Source of the DNA: Sulfolobaceae archaeon
GTDB lineage: Archaea; Thermoproteota; Thermoprotei_A; Sulfolobales; Sulfolobaceae
Reading direction: 5' to 3'
DNA: 64,000 nt
Assembly: GCA_038893355.1 (NCBI GenBank)
Contig: JAWARQ010000001.1
Location: 224,001-288,000 of the forward strand
The translations under genes were made by a program, and so were the position numbers. The notes under the pieces are model-generated. The model did not search any database and was not told the origin of the DNA. It saw only the letters and a program-made list of their open reading frames with translations. Of the stretch, positions 44,981 to 55,754 are shown one piece after another (position 1 is the first letter of the stretch; every line of letters begins with the position of its first letter).

Positions 44981-45565
44981 TTTCATTTCTAATATTGTTT
45001 CAGAGAGTTCTCTTAACGCTTGTATATAATCCTTTCTCCTTCCATCAGGTTGTACTATAACTTTTTCTGGATCAATACCGTTTTTAACTACAAATTCTTG
45101 AACTTCTTTAAGATCCTTTTTAGGATTTAATATCACAAACTTATAGTATGTTGGCCAAGTCTCATTTTTAAGATTATAAGGTATAAAAAAACCTGCATTA
45201 GACAGTTTAGGTGATACTGAAAATACATCAACTAGTTCAATTAACTTCTTACTAGGTCTAATTGTTCCACTAGTTTCAACTATTATCTTATGTTCCATCT
45301 CCTTAAGCTTTGATGCTAATGGAACTAGATCTTGTAATAGGGGCTCACCACCGGTTATTGTAGTGACCTTTACCTCCTTATCCAGCTCATTTATTATCTC
45401 ATCAACAGACATTAACTTACCTTCATATTTAAACCAAGAATATTTTGTATCACACCATATACATCTTAATAAACATCCAGCAAGTCTTATGAAGTTAGAT
45501 GGAATACCTATCACATTACCTTCTCCTTGTATCGATGTGAATATTTCAGAAATCCAATATTTCAT
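44930..45565 (-). CDS. queE: 7-carboxy-7-deazaguanine synthase (radical SAM)
   Basis: EIFTSIQGEG, CLLRCIWCDT, TGGEP, SVSPK, PQLH. Confidence 0.93.
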   Translation of the reverse strand: MKYWISEIFTSIQGEGNVIGIPSNFIRLAGCLLRCIWCDTKYSWFKYEGKLMSVDEIINELDKEVKVTTITGGEPLLQDLVPLASKLKEMEHKIIVETSGTIRPSKKLIELVDVFSVSPKLSNAGFFIPYNLKNETWPTYYKFVILNPKKDLKEVQEFVVKNGIDPEKVIVQPDGRRKDYIQALRELSETILEMKLPFRVLPQLHRIIDFR

Positions 45566-46551
45566 TTACCAGTAGCCTTTATACCTAATAATTTAAAAGT
45601 TTCTTGTAACAGTATATCAAGATTATATCCTTTCTCGGAACTTATTTCTATCCATTTTCTATTCATTCTTAATAATTCTGATATAACTTGATTATAAATT
45701 GTTTCATCTTTTTTATCAATTTTATTTAAAACTATAATAACTTCTTTTCCAGTATTTATTACCTCCTTAAGTAAATTAATTTGTTGTTCTGGGGTATATA
45801 ATGAATCTTTCGATACATCTATAAGAAATACTATGATACCATTAAGATTAACTATAGCATTTATTGCTTTTCTCTCTATTAGGTTTCTTTCACTCATTGG
45901 TCTATCTAAAATACCGGGTGTATCAATAACTTGTACCCTACTATCGTCTATAAAAATATGGCCTACATGAATATCTTTAGTAGTAAATGGATAATGTGCA
46001 ATTTCTGGTTTTGCAGTAGAAATTTTAGAAACTAGTGTAGATTTTCCAACATTCGGAGCTCCAGCTATTATAATTGTTGGTAAAGTAGGATCAACTGATT
46101 TTAATTTCTTTGCTTCTTTAGCTATAGAAATAAGAAAATTTATACAATCTTTATTTTCTCTCAGTACCGATGAAGCCCTTCCAAAACCTTGCCTCATTAA
46201 TAAATTAGGATCATTTTCCTCCTTTTTAATTTTATTTATATATTTTTTTAATAAAATTTTTGCGATTTTTATTGATTTATAAGACTTTATTAAACATCTC
46301 TTTACATCGTCTATACTACTCTTTGCAATAATTTCTATAGACTCTTTATAGAATGGGTGAAGATTATCTAGGTTTGGAAAGCTTTTTAAAAATATTTCGT
46401 ATTTACTGAGATTATTAAAATATCTTGCTAATCTCCTAATTTCTCTATCCTTTTTCGTGTTACCTTTAATTTTACGTAAACTTTCGAGTTGTATTTTAAT
46501 AAACTCCTCTACGTTCTCTGGTATTTGCAATCTTTCAAAAGGATTTAACAT
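45562..46551 (-). CDS. NOG1-family GTPase
   Basis: GAPNVGKS, YPFTTK, DTPGILDRP, NKID. Confidence 0.93.
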   Translation of the reverse strand: MLNPFERLQIPENVEEFIKIQLESLRKIKGNTKKDREIRRLARYFNNLSKYEIFLKSFPNLDNLHPFYKESIEIIAKSSIDDVKRCLIKSYKSIKIAKILLKKYINKIKKEENDPNLLMRQGFGRASSVLRENKDCINFLISIAKEAKKLKSVDPTLPTIIIAGAPNVGKSTLVSKISTAKPEIAHYPFTTKDIHVGHIFIDDSRVQVIDTPGILDRPMSERNLIERKAINAIVNLNGIIVFLIDVSKDSLYTPEQQINLLKEVINTGKEVIIVLNKIDKKDETIYNQVISELLRMNRKWIEISSEKGYNLDILLQETFKLLGIKATGK

Positions 46552-46886
46552 ACTTTTGTTCCCGGTGGTATTTCCCCATCTACTGTTAAAATTTTAGGCT
46601 TAATTCCTCTAATTTCATCTTCTTTACATCCTCCTGCAAGAATCATTCCTTGACTTTCATAACCTCTAATCTTTTTAGGTTTTAAATTTGCGACAACTAC
46701 AACTCTCTTATTTAGTAACTCTTCTGGCGAATAATAATCCCCTAACCCTGCAATAATCTGTCTTTGTTGATCTCCAAGATCTACTATTAACCTTAAAAGT
46801 CTAGTACCCTCTATTCTCTCTGCCGACTTTACTATACCAACTCTTAGATCTATCTTTTGAAACTCTTCTATAGATATTTCTTGCAT
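46545..46886 (-). CDS. tRNA-binding OB-fold protein (CsaA/Trbp111/MetRS C-terminal-like)
   Basis: DLRVG, VDLG, VANLKPKKIRGYESQGMIL. Confidence 0.92.
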   Translation of the reverse strand: MQEISIEEFQKIDLRVGIVKSAERIEGTRLLRLIVDLGDQQRQIIAGLGDYYSPEELLNKRVVVVANLKPKKIRGYESQGMILAGGCKEDEIRGIKPKILTVDGEIPPGTKVC

Positions 46887-46998
46887 GTAAAATATTGTAG
46901 AGTAGATTTAAATTAAGTCTGTTCTTTTACTTAAATAAGTAAAAAGAACTAGCGTAATACGTACTAAATTTTTTAAACAACTATGTAAATACTTACTC

Positions 46999-47709
46999 AT
47001 GTTAAGTTTTCAAAAAATAGGTGAGGGTAAAACTAAGGAAGTTTATTACTTTGACAATACTCGTATATTGTTGAGATTTAAGGATACGATTACTGCTGGA
47101 GATGGTCAAAAACGAGATTTGATTCCAAATAAAGGAGTAATAAATGCTCAAACTTCTGCAATACTTTTCAGAGTATTAGAAAGCCGAGGAATTAATACCC
47201 ATTATATAGGAATGTTCGATGAAAGAACGATGATAGCTAAAAAGTTAAACATGATACCGTTAGAAATTGTAGCGAGAAAAATTGCTACTGGTAGTATAAT
47301 AAGGAGATTACCGATAAAAGAAGGTGAAATTTTCGATCCTCCTATCGTTGAGTTTTTCCTTAAAAATGACGCACTTCATGATCCACTTCTGAATAATCAT
47401 CATATTCGATATCTAAAGCTTATGAATTACGACGAGATAAATAAGGCAGAGGAAATTGCCATTAAAACGCTCAATATACTTTATGACTTTCTTAAACCTA
47501 AAGGCTTGATATTATATGATTTAAAGATAGAATTAGGGAGGGATGAGAACGGAGAGTTAATTATAGGTGATGAGATAAGTTTAGATTCCATGAGGGTTAG
47601 GGAAGAAGGAAGTAATAGAATATTAGATAAGGATCTATATAGGAAAGGTGCTGAAATAGGAATTGTAAAGGCTGCATATGAAGAGTTCTTATCAAGGATA
47701 ATGAGGTAA
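46999..47709 (+). CDS. purC: SAICAR synthetase
   Basis: [35 protein letters not shown]. Confidence 0.97.
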   Translation: MLSFQKIGEGKTKEVYYFDNTRILLRFKDTITAGDGQKRDLIPNKGVINAQTSAILFRVLESRGINTHYIGMFDERTMIAKKLNMIPLEIVARKIATGSIIRRLPIKEGEIFDPPIVEFFLKNDALHDPLLNNHHIRYLKLMNYDEINKAEEIAIKTLNILYDFLKPKGLILYDLKIELGRDENGELIIGDEISLDSMRVREEGSNRILDKDLYRKGAEIGIVKAAYEEFLSRIMR

Positions 47710-47715
47710 ATATAA

Positions 47716-47973
47716 ATGTTCATAGTAGAGCTATTAATTTACACTAAGGATGGTGTTAGAGATCCTGAAGGAGAGACAATATATCGCTATATGGTCTCAA
47801 AGGTATCTAGTCTAGTCAAAGAAGTTAGAGCTGGGAAATATTTACGGTTTACGTTAGATGTTGAGAGTAAGGAGAAAGCAATAGAGGAAGTAGTAAGAGT
47901 TTCAAATGAGCTAATGTTATACAACCCTCTAGTTCATAAAATAGAGGTAAGGATTCGTGATAGCAATAGTTAA
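47716..47973 (+). CDS. purS: FGAM synthase subunit PurS
   Basis: RDPEG, VRAGK, NPLV. Confidence 0.92.
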   Translation: MFIVELLIYTKDGVRDPEGETIYRYMVSKVSSLVKEVRAGKYLRFTLDVESKEKAIEEVVRVSNELMLYNPLVHKIEVRIRDSNS

Positions 47974-48634
47974 GTTTCCTGGCTCTACTTGTGAGTATGA
48001 TACTTATAAGGCGCTAAAAGAACTAAAATTAGATGCAGAAATCGTTAGGCATAGAGAATTTGATCCCGATAAATATACTGCAGTCATTCTGCCTGGAGGG
48101 TTTAGTTTCGGGGACTATTTGAGAGCTGGTGCGATTGCAGCTCATACAGAAATAGTGAGAAAGATAAAGGAAATGGCAAATGAAGGAAAGGTAGTAATTG
48201 GAATTTGTAATGGATTTCAAATATTAGTAGAAAGCGGTATATTGCCTGGAGCATTACTGAAGAACTTAAATCTTCGATTTATTAGTAAGTGGGTTTATTT
48301 AAGGGTTTTAAGACGAGATACTATCTTGACAAAGAGATTACAGAAGGAAATTCTTGTAATGCCAATAGCGCATTCTGAGGGTAGGTATTTTATTGATGAT
48401 TTAGAAAAGGCAAAAAAATTAGCATTTCTAGCATACTCTAACCAACGAGGTGAAATTACTCCAGAATTTAATCCAAATGGGTCTATTCTCAATATAGCAG
48501 GTATTGCAAATGAAGAAGGAAACGTAATTGGAATGATGCCACATCCAGAAAGGGCATCTTTCATAACTACTTCACCTTTCAATTCAATAGATGGACTTGA
48601 GCTTTTAAGGGGGTTAAAATACATTGAAAATTAG
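47957..48634 (+). CDS. purQ: FGAM synthase subunit PurQ
   Basis: FPGS, PGGFSFGDYLRAG, GICNGFQ, MPHPER. Confidence 0.98.
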   Translation: MIAIVKFPGSTCEYDTYKALKELKLDAEIVRHREFDPDKYTAVILPGGFSFGDYLRAGAIAAHTEIVRKIKEMANEGKVVIGICNGFQILVESGILPGALLKNLNLRFISKWVYLRVLRRDTILTKRLQKEILVMPIAHSEGRYFIDDLEKAKKLAFLAYSNQRGEITPEFNPNGSILNIAGIANEEGNVIGMMPHPERASFITTSPFNSIDGLELLRGLKYIEN

Positions 48635-50756
48635 TCTTACACCTAAGGAAATGGAAATTATAAGACATAAATTAAAGAGAGAACCTAATGAGGTAGAATG
48701 GGCTATATTTGATGCTGTATGGTCTGAGCATTGTGCCTATAAATCCTCTAAATTCTTCTTAAGAGGCTTTTCGTATAAGGATGAGAAAGTAATAATGGGA
48801 ATTGAAGATTGGCAAGATGCTGGTGCTATCGATATAGGCGACGGATGGGCTTTAATACTAAAAGTAGAAAGCCATAATCATCCGTCAGCAGTTGATCCTT
48901 TTAATGGTGCTGCTACTGGCGTAGGCGGAATTATAAGGGATATTATAAGTAAGGGTGCAAAACCAATAGCACTTCTAGATATGCTAAGAGTTGGAACAAA
49001 TAGAAGAGCTAAATGGCTACTAAAGAACATAGTTGCAGGTATCGGTTTCTATGGAAATAGCATAGGAGTGCCAGTAATAGGAGGAGAATTATCTTTTGAC
49101 GAAAGTTATAATGATAATCCTCTGGTCGATGTAGCTGGTATAGGAATAGTAAGAAAGGATAAGATAAAAGCTAGTGTAGTAAAAGAGTCAGGATTACTTT
49201 TAGTAATAGCAGGTGAAACTGGATTAGATGGAATTGGTGGTGCGTCATTTGCTTCTAGGAAATTAAGCGGAGAGGACGAAAGAGGTGCAGTACAAATTGC
49301 CGATCCGTTTGCTGGAAAGATCATAATAGATGTGACCTTAAATATAGTTGATTACGTTGAAGCTATAAAAGATTTAGGAGGGGGTGGTTTAGCAGTAGCG
49401 GTTACAGAAATTTCTAATGGGCTTGGTGCGAGAGTTTATCTAGATAGACTTCCATTAAAGGTAAAGGAATTATCTCCACTAGAAATGATAGTCTCTGAGA
49501 CGCAAGAAAGAATGTTATATGCTGTAAAGCCAGAGAATGTAGATAAAGTCTGCAAAGAATTTGAATACTACGAATACCCTTGTGCAGTTATCGGGGAAAT
49601 AACATCAGATCATTATATTAGATTCTTCTATAATAATATAGAAATTGCTTCTTTACCCTCAAATTTATTATTAGACCCTCCGATATATGTGTGGGATATT
49701 AGAAGACCAAAGAATAAATCGAATTTAGGAGATAATAGAGTAATTGAAGTTGAATTAGAAACTGCGATTAGGAAGGTAATTTCTCACCCAGATCTAGTAA
49801 GTAAGGAATGGGTTTATTCACAGTATGATTATGAAGTAGGTACTTCTACAGTAATAAAGCCTGGTGAAGCAGATGCAGCAGTCATTGAACTTCCTAATCA
49901 TAAGTTTCTGGCAGTTAAAGGGGATGCTAATCCAGATTGGTGTAGTGTCGATCCATATGAATGTGGTAAAGGTATAGTTGGTGAGGCATATAGAAATCTC
50001 GCGACAGTAGGTGCTAGAGGAGTAGCAATGGTAGATCATCTGCAGTTTGGAGATCCAAGAAAGCCAGAAATCTACTATTACTTTGAAGAAGCATTAAGGG
50101 GTATAGCAGAAGCTTCAAGATTTTTTAAAATCCCTATAGTTGGTGGAAAGGTTTCTTTCTATAATGAGAATAATAAAGGAGAAGCAATAAAGCCTACACC
50201 ATTAATAGTAATGGCTGGTTTAGTGGATGGTAAGGTGCTAAGGAATAAGGTCGAGGAGGGTCTATACATAGTTCTAATAGGATTTACTAGGGAGGAAATG
50301 AACGGATCTCTGTTATGTAAAATCTTTGGAAATTATGGATCACCAATGAAGTCACGTCTGGAAGAGGATAGAGTAGCTAGTGAAATAGTCATATCATCTA
50401 TAAATTCTTCTAATATAACTTTTGCAAAAGATGTTAGTAAAGGAGGAATAATAGGTGCGATCTTACCTATACTTGCTAAAGGTTTTGGGGTAAAAATAAA
50501 TACTTACAATATTCGTGCAGATACCGATTCTATTCTTCATAAACTCTTCTCGGAAAGTGCAGGCAGGTTTATTGTTCTCACGTCAGAGCCAGATAGTATT
50601 ATTCAATTATCCCATAAATTTGGAGTAGTTAGCTCAGTTATAGGCAAGACAACAACTGTATCATATTCGCTTAATGTCGATGATAATGTATTTGATTTAA
50701 CTAGAGAGATTGAGAATTATTATAATTACCTTGAGTTGGTGATGAGTAATGATTAG
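48624..50756 (+). CDS. purL: FGAM synthase subunit PurL
   Basis: WSEHC, ESHNHPS, GAATGVGG, SETQERM, GGKVSFYN. Confidence 0.98.
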   Translation: MKISLTPKEMEIIRHKLKREPNEVEWAIFDAVWSEHCAYKSSKFFLRGFSYKDEKVIMGIEDWQDAGAIDIGDGWALILKVESHNHPSAVDPFNGAATGVGGIIRDIISKGAKPIALLDMLRVGTNRRAKWLLKNIVAGIGFYGNSIGVPVIGGELSFDESYNDNPLVDVAGIGIVRKDKIKASVVKESGLLLVIAGETGLDGIGGASFASRKLSGEDERGAVQIADPFAGKIIIDVTLNIVDYVEAIKDLGGGGLAVAVTEISNGLGARVYLDRLPLKVKELSPLEMIVSETQERMLYAVKPENVDKVCKEFEYYEYPCAVIGEITSDHYIRFFYNNIEIASLPSNLLLDPPIYVWDIRRPKNKSNLGDNRVIEVELETAIRKVISHPDLVSKEWVYSQYDYEVGTSTVIKPGEADAAVIELPNHKFLAVKGDANPDWCSVDPYECGKGIVGEAYRNLATVGARGVAMVDHLQFGDPRKPEIYYYFEEALRGIAEASRFFKIPIVGGKVSFYNENNKGEAIKPTPLIVMAGLVDGKVLRNKVEEGLYIVLIGFTREEMNGSLLCKIFGNYGSPMKSRLEEDRVASEIVISSINSSNITFAKDVSKGGIIGAILPILAKGFGVKINTYNIRADTDSILHKLFSESAGRFIVLTSEPDSIIQLSHKFGVVSSVIGKTTTVSYSLNVDDNVFDLTREIENYYNYLELVMSND

Positions 50757-52095
50757 AGAACATTGTGGTGTTGTGGCAGTAAGGGGCAAAGACGCTGTTA
50801 AAATTGCATATGAGGCGTTAAAGTTATTACAACATAGGGGTCAGGAGTCTGCAGGGATAGCGTTTGTTAAGAGGGGAAAGATCTATATAGAGAAGGGGTT
50901 AGGATTAGTTGAAGAGGCACTAAGGGAGAGTATAGTTAATGAGGAAAGCGAGGCAGCAATAGGTCATGTAAGGTATTCTACAACTGGGCAGAGTTCTATA
51001 GTTGAGGCACAACCTATTAGTAGCAATGAACTAGCGCTTGCATTTAATGGTAATATTACTAATTATTTTGAACTAGACATAGAAGCTAAAACTGATACGG
51101 AATTTATATTACACTTCCTAGAAAGTAGAAAGGAAAAATCTATTATTTCTAGGCTAATTGAATTCTCTAAAGTTTCTGATGGTTCGTTCTCGATTGTGAT
51201 ATTAACTAGAGAGGGTGAGATTATAGGCTTTAGGGATCCGCGCGGATTTAGACCTTTAAGTGTAGGTAAAGTTGGTAATAGTATAATTATTGCTTCTGAA
51301 GACTCAGTAATAAGGCAATTAGGTGGTGAGGAAGTAAGGGATGTTTTACCTGGCGAGATCTTAATGATAAAAGGGAATGATATGCTTAGTATAAGGGTTA
51401 AAAGCTCATATAGCATTAGTACTTGTGCTTTTGAATACATTTATTTTTCAAGACCAGATACAAAAATAGATGGAATATCCGTATATTTAGCTAGGGTAAG
51501 GTTAGGTGAGATACTTGCAGAAAATCATCCAGCTAATGCGGATATAGTAACATACGTACCAGACTCTTCAAGACCAATAGCTATAGGATTTAGCAGAAAG
51601 AGTAAATTACCTTTAGAAGAGGCGATTTTCAAAACTTTTATTTCAAAACGTTCATTTATCATGCCTAATCAAGATAAACGATTAAGTATGATTGAGGAAA
51701 AATTTGGTATTGTAGCCGATGTAGTTTATGATAAGAGAATAGTGTTAATTGACGATTCTATAGTTAGGGGTAATACTTTAAGAAAAATAATAGCTAGATT
51801 GAGAGATGCTGGTGCAAAGGAAATCCATGTTCGTATTGGCTCACCTATGATAAGATATCCATGTTATATGGGTATTGACTTTCCTACTAGACATGAGCTC
51901 ATAGCTTATAATCGAAATGAAAAGGAAATCGCAAATATCTTAGGAGCAGATTCGCTAGAATATTTAACTATTGATGAATTAATTAAAGGAATAGGAAGAA
52001 AAGATTTATGCTTAGCATGCTTTAGTGGTAATTATCCTTTATCTAAAAGTTATGACATCTCTCTACTCGAATCCGTTTTTAGTAGGGGGAAATAG
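50749..52095 (+). CDS. purF: Amidophosphoribosyltransferase (copy with catalytic Cys)
   Basis: Propeptide plus CG, QHRGQESAG, HVRYSTTG, IDDSIVRGNT, Fe-S cysteines. Confidence 0.96.
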   Translation: MIREHCGVVAVRGKDAVKIAYEALKLLQHRGQESAGIAFVKRGKIYIEKGLGLVEEALRESIVNEESEAAIGHVRYSTTGQSSIVEAQPISSNELALAFNGNITNYFELDIEAKTDTEFILHFLESRKEKSIISRLIEFSKVSDGSFSIVILTREGEIIGFRDPRGFRPLSVGKVGNSIIIASEDSVIRQLGGEEVRDVLPGEILMIKGNDMLSIRVKSSYSISTCAFEYIYFSRPDTKIDGISVYLARVRLGEILAENHPANADIVTYVPDSSRPIAIGFSRKSKLPLEEAIFKTFISKRSFIMPNQDKRLSMIEEKFGIVADVVYDKRIVLIDDSIVRGNTLRKIIARLRDAGAKEIHVRIGSPMIRYPCYMGIDFPTRHELIAYNRNEKEIANILGADSLEYLTIDELIKGIGRKDLCLACFSGNYPLSKSYDISLLESVFSRGK

Positions 52096-52097
52096 TT

Positions 52098-53312
52098 ATG
52101 GGAGGAATAGTTGGAATATTAGCGTTTGATAAGGTATGGAATGTAGCACCATTTATAAAGTATTCTCTTATGGGACTTCAGCATAGAGGATATAGAAGTA
52201 CTTTCATAGGACTTCTAAATGAAGGTAGTTTAAGTAGTAAGGAGTTTAGCGCAGCGCCAGAAGATATTGAAATTGAAGGCCTTAATGGTTGGATAGGTGT
52301 AGGTGAGAATTCAAGTTCTGGGAAAAACTATGTAGTATCTAATAATGGTATTTTAGTTTATGACGGTTATGTTAGCAATCCGAAAGAGCTAATCGAATGC
52401 GTAGAGAAAGATTATGAAAAAGTACTAGAGAACGATTTGGGCATTTTTTCAATGATTTATCTGTCAAGATCTGGATATATTATAGGTTTTAGAGACGAAA
52501 GCGGTATAAAGCCTTTATGGCTAGGAGGATTTGGATTTGATTTAGCAATTCTTGCATCAGAGTCAGTAGGTATTAGTGTAATTGGTGCAGAACCTATAAG
52601 AGAAGTTAAGCCGGGAGAAGTTATATTCATTGATAGATACAGAGTTCATTCAAAACAGTTAAAGGAGCCAAAACCGCAATATTGTAGTATAGAGTATATA
52701 TACCAATCAAGAATTGATAGTGTTTATAATGGTTCGGCAATCTACGATGTTAGAATTAAAATAGGTGAGGAATTAGCTAAAGAGAGGCCAATAGTTGCAG
52801 ATGTAGTTATAGGAGTACCAGATACTGCAATTCCTTTCGCGATAGGTTATGCTAGGGCTTTGGGTTTAAGATTTGATTTAGGATTTGCAAGGACAGGCAG
52901 CCCAATAAGGACAATGTTAGCTTCAGATGAATTCATGAAGGTAGTAGGGGTTCAACTTAAATTAAATCCAATACAATCGGCTGTTTCTGGAAAGCGAGTA
53001 GTTTTAATAGACGATTCTATGGTTACGGGGACTACTCTAAAATTAACTGCATTTATGCTAAGAAAAATGGGAGCTAAGGAAATCCATGTTCTTATTGGCA
53101 GTCCTAAGTTAACTAATAAATGTCCTTATGGTGTTGAAATACCAGATCAAAAGTATTTGATAGCAGCAAATTTAGATGAAAGGTCTATTATAAGAGAATT
53201 AGGTGTAGATTCTATATATTGGTTAAGTATAGACGGGTTATATAGAGTCATAGGGCATAAAAATTTATGTTTAGGTTGTATGTTAGGAAAATATCCTAAA
53301 GTGGTGAAATAG
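52098..53312 (+). CDS. Amidophosphoribosyltransferase paralogue lacking the N-terminal Cys
   Basis: Starts MGGIVG; LQHRG, IDDSMVTGTT and cluster cysteines retained. Confidence 0.88.
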   Translation: MGGIVGILAFDKVWNVAPFIKYSLMGLQHRGYRSTFIGLLNEGSLSSKEFSAAPEDIEIEGLNGWIGVGENSSSGKNYVVSNNGILVYDGYVSNPKELIECVEKDYEKVLENDLGIFSMIYLSRSGYIIGFRDESGIKPLWLGGFGFDLAILASESVGISVIGAEPIREVKPGEVIFIDRYRVHSKQLKEPKPQYCSIEYIYQSRIDSVYNGSAIYDVRIKIGEELAKERPIVADVVIGVPDTAIPFAIGYARALGLRFDLGFARTGSPIRTMLASDEFMKVVGVQLKLNPIQSAVSGKRVVLIDDSMVTGTTLKLTAFMLRKMGAKEIHVLIGSPKLTNKCPYGVEIPDQKYLIAANLDERSIIRELGVDSIYWLSIDGLYRVIGHKNLCLGCMLGKYPKVVK

Positions 53313-54743
53313 ATGAAAAAAGTCTTGTTAATTGGTGATGGTGCAAGAGAACATGCACTAGCAGATGCTTTAATGAGATCTAATGAAGGTTATAGAGTTT
53401 TTGCAATTTCAAGTTATAGAAACCCTGGAATAGATGAAGTAGTTAGAGCTACTGGCGGAGAATACTATTTCGGTAATATAAACTCTAGAGAGGTAATTAG
53501 AAAAGTAATAAATTTAGTTAATCCGGATTTCGGAGTAATAGGACCGGAGGAACCATTATTTCATGGAATAAGTGATGAATTTCGAGAAAATGGAATTCCA
53601 GTTGTTGGGCCTTCTAGTAAATGTGCTATGATAGAAAAATCTAAGGTGTGGATGAGGGAGTTAATGTGGAAGTATAAGATACCCGGGAGACTAAGATTTA
53701 AGGCTTTTATTAGTATAGAGGATGCTATAAGTTTTATTATTCAAAAATCTGGTTCGATTGTTATCAAACCTGCAGAACAGGCTGGCGGAAAGGGTGTAAA
53801 AGTCATTGCTGATATCCAAAGATATCTATCTAATGAGAAAAAGAGCGCTGCTGTTAAAAGTTTAAAAGAAATAAGTAGTCTTGCAAAGGGAGAATATAAG
53901 ATACTAGTAGAAGAAAAAGTTGACGGTATTGAATATACATTACATATTCTAACTGATGGAAAATCTTTTCTTGCCTTACCATTAGCCCAAGATTATAAAC
54001 ATGCATATTCAGAAGGTATAGGGCCAGAAACTGGAGGTATGGGATCAATATCTGGACCCGGCTATTTATTACCGTTCATTAATGAAGAAGAGCATAGGAA
54101 AACGGTAGAGATAATAACTATGACTATTCAAGCTATACAGAGAGAAACAAATGAAAAATACATAGGCATTATTGGGGGTCAAATGATGCTAACAGATTTA
54201 TGGGGACCAACCCTAATAGAATTTTACGCTAGAATGGGAGATCCCGAGACTTCTGCAATATTACCTAGAATAATAGAGGATTATGGTAGAATTTTAGAGT
54301 TAACAGCAACTGGTCATATTAATAAAGGGAAATTAGAAATCAAAGAAGATATATCTGTAGTTAGGGCGATAGCTCCATTAGGATATCCTATAGATAGGCA
54401 AATGGCTTCTAATAAAGAAATTTATATAGATATTAATAAATTAAAAGAAGAAGGTTGTTATATATACTTTGGATCTGTTGCACTAGAAGGCATGAAACTT
54501 ATTACTAAAGGCTCTAGAGCACTCGAGATAGGCGTGGTTTCAAGAAATTATCCTTCAGCAATTGAAAAGTTAGATAAATGTATCAAATATATTAATTCAA
54601 ATACTGTACTAATATATAGGACTGATATAGGGCGAGATATAGAAAAAATGATAAATAAATCACAGATAATAAGGTATTCCTATTTGAAGAGAATAGAAAA
54701 TGGAACTTTAGGTAGTAGTGAAGAGTGGTACGAATATGTCTGA
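53313..54743 (+). CDS. purD: Phosphoribosylamine--glycine ligase
   Basis: GDGAREHA, GPEEPL, GGKGV, GPETGGMG, RMGDPE. Confidence 0.97.
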   Translation: MKKVLLIGDGAREHALADALMRSNEGYRVFAISSYRNPGIDEVVRATGGEYYFGNINSREVIRKVINLVNPDFGVIGPEEPLFHGISDEFRENGIPVVGPSSKCAMIEKSKVWMRELMWKYKIPGRLRFKAFISIEDAISFIIQKSGSIVIKPAEQAGGKGVKVIADIQRYLSNEKKSAAVKSLKEISSLAKGEYKILVEEKVDGIEYTLHILTDGKSFLALPLAQDYKHAYSEGIGPETGGMGSISGPGYLLPFINEEEHRKTVEIITMTIQAIQRETNEKYIGIIGGQMMLTDLWGPTLIEFYARMGDPETSAILPRIIEDYGRILELTATGHINKGKLEIKEDISVVRAIAPLGYPIDRQMASNKEIYIDINKLKEEGCYIYFGSVALEGMKLITKGSRALEIGVVSRNYPSAIEKLDKCIKYINSNTVLIYRTDIGRDIEKMINKSQIIRYSYLKRIENGTLGSSEEWYEYV

Positions 54744-55698
54744 GTATAAGAAGGCAGGGGTGGATTTAGATAAATTAAGGGAGTATCATGATATAATAAA
54801 GAGCAAAATTACTTCAATATACTCTAAAACTATCCTAGGTGCAGGACATTATGCAGGAGTTTTAGAACTAGGTGGGATTAAATTAGCACTTCATGTTGAT
54901 GGTGTAGGAACAAAAACTGAGTTAGCATTAAAGACTGGAATAGTTAAGCCTATTGGAATAGATTGTGTTGCTATGAACGTTAATGATTTATTATGCGTTG
55001 GTGCTACTCCTATAGCAATCTTAGATTACATAGCATTGGAAAAGCCTATGGATTATGTTATAAGAGAGATTATTGACGGATTAATGGAAGGTGCTAGAGA
55101 GTCAAACGTAGAGATTGTAGGTGGGGAAACTGCAATTATGCCAGGAGTTATTAAAGGTTTTGATATAGCATGTACTGGAATTGGTATTGTAAAGGAATTA
55201 AAAGTAGGAGATCAAGTAAAACCTGGAGATATAGTTTTAGGGTTAGAAAGTAATGGAGTCCATGCTAACGGTTTTTCGTTAATAAGAAGATTAATTTCTG
55301 AAGGAAGGTTAGATCTAGAAAGTTGGAAAGATGAACTGTTAAAGCCAACTAAAATTTACGTTAAGGTATTAGAAGTTATAGATAAGATTAAAGGTTTAGC
55401 TCATATCACTGGTGGTTCTTTTTTAAAAATTAAAAGGATAACAAATTATAAAGTCGTACTAAATTTACCAGAACCTCCAGAAATTTTTAAGGCGATTGAG
55501 AATGCTGGAGTATCTCATGAGGAAATGCATAGAGTGTTTAATATGGGTATTGGAATGGTTGTTTTTGTAAGCCCTAATTTAGAAAAAGAGGTAATAAAAG
55601 TTTTATCCAACTACTTTAACGTATACAAACTAGGTATAGTAGAAGACGGTAGCGGGATAATAATAAAGAGTTATAAGAACCTTATTCTAAGATTATAG
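54736..55698 (+). CDS. purM: AIR synthetase
   Basis: YKKAGVD, DGVGTK, AMNVND, GGETA, HITGG, FNMGIG; ATG 54736. Confidence 0.98.
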   Translation: MSEYKKAGVDLDKLREYHDIIKSKITSIYSKTILGAGHYAGVLELGGIKLALHVDGVGTKTELALKTGIVKPIGIDCVAMNVNDLLCVGATPIAILDYIALEKPMDYVIREIIDGLMEGARESNVEIVGGETAIMPGVIKGFDIACTGIGIVKELKVGDQVKPGDIVLGLESNGVHANGFSLIRRLISEGRLDLESWKDELLKPTKIYVKVLEVIDKIKGLAHITGGSFLKIKRITNYKVVLNLPEPPEIFKAIENAGVSHEEMHRVFNMGIGMVVFVSPNLEKEVIKVLSNYFNVYKLGIVEDGSGIIIKSYKNLILRL

Positions 55699-55754
55699 AA
55701 TGAAAAGAAGTCCTTTTTAACCTCTTTGTGGTAAAGACTAGTTTAGTGACCTAT

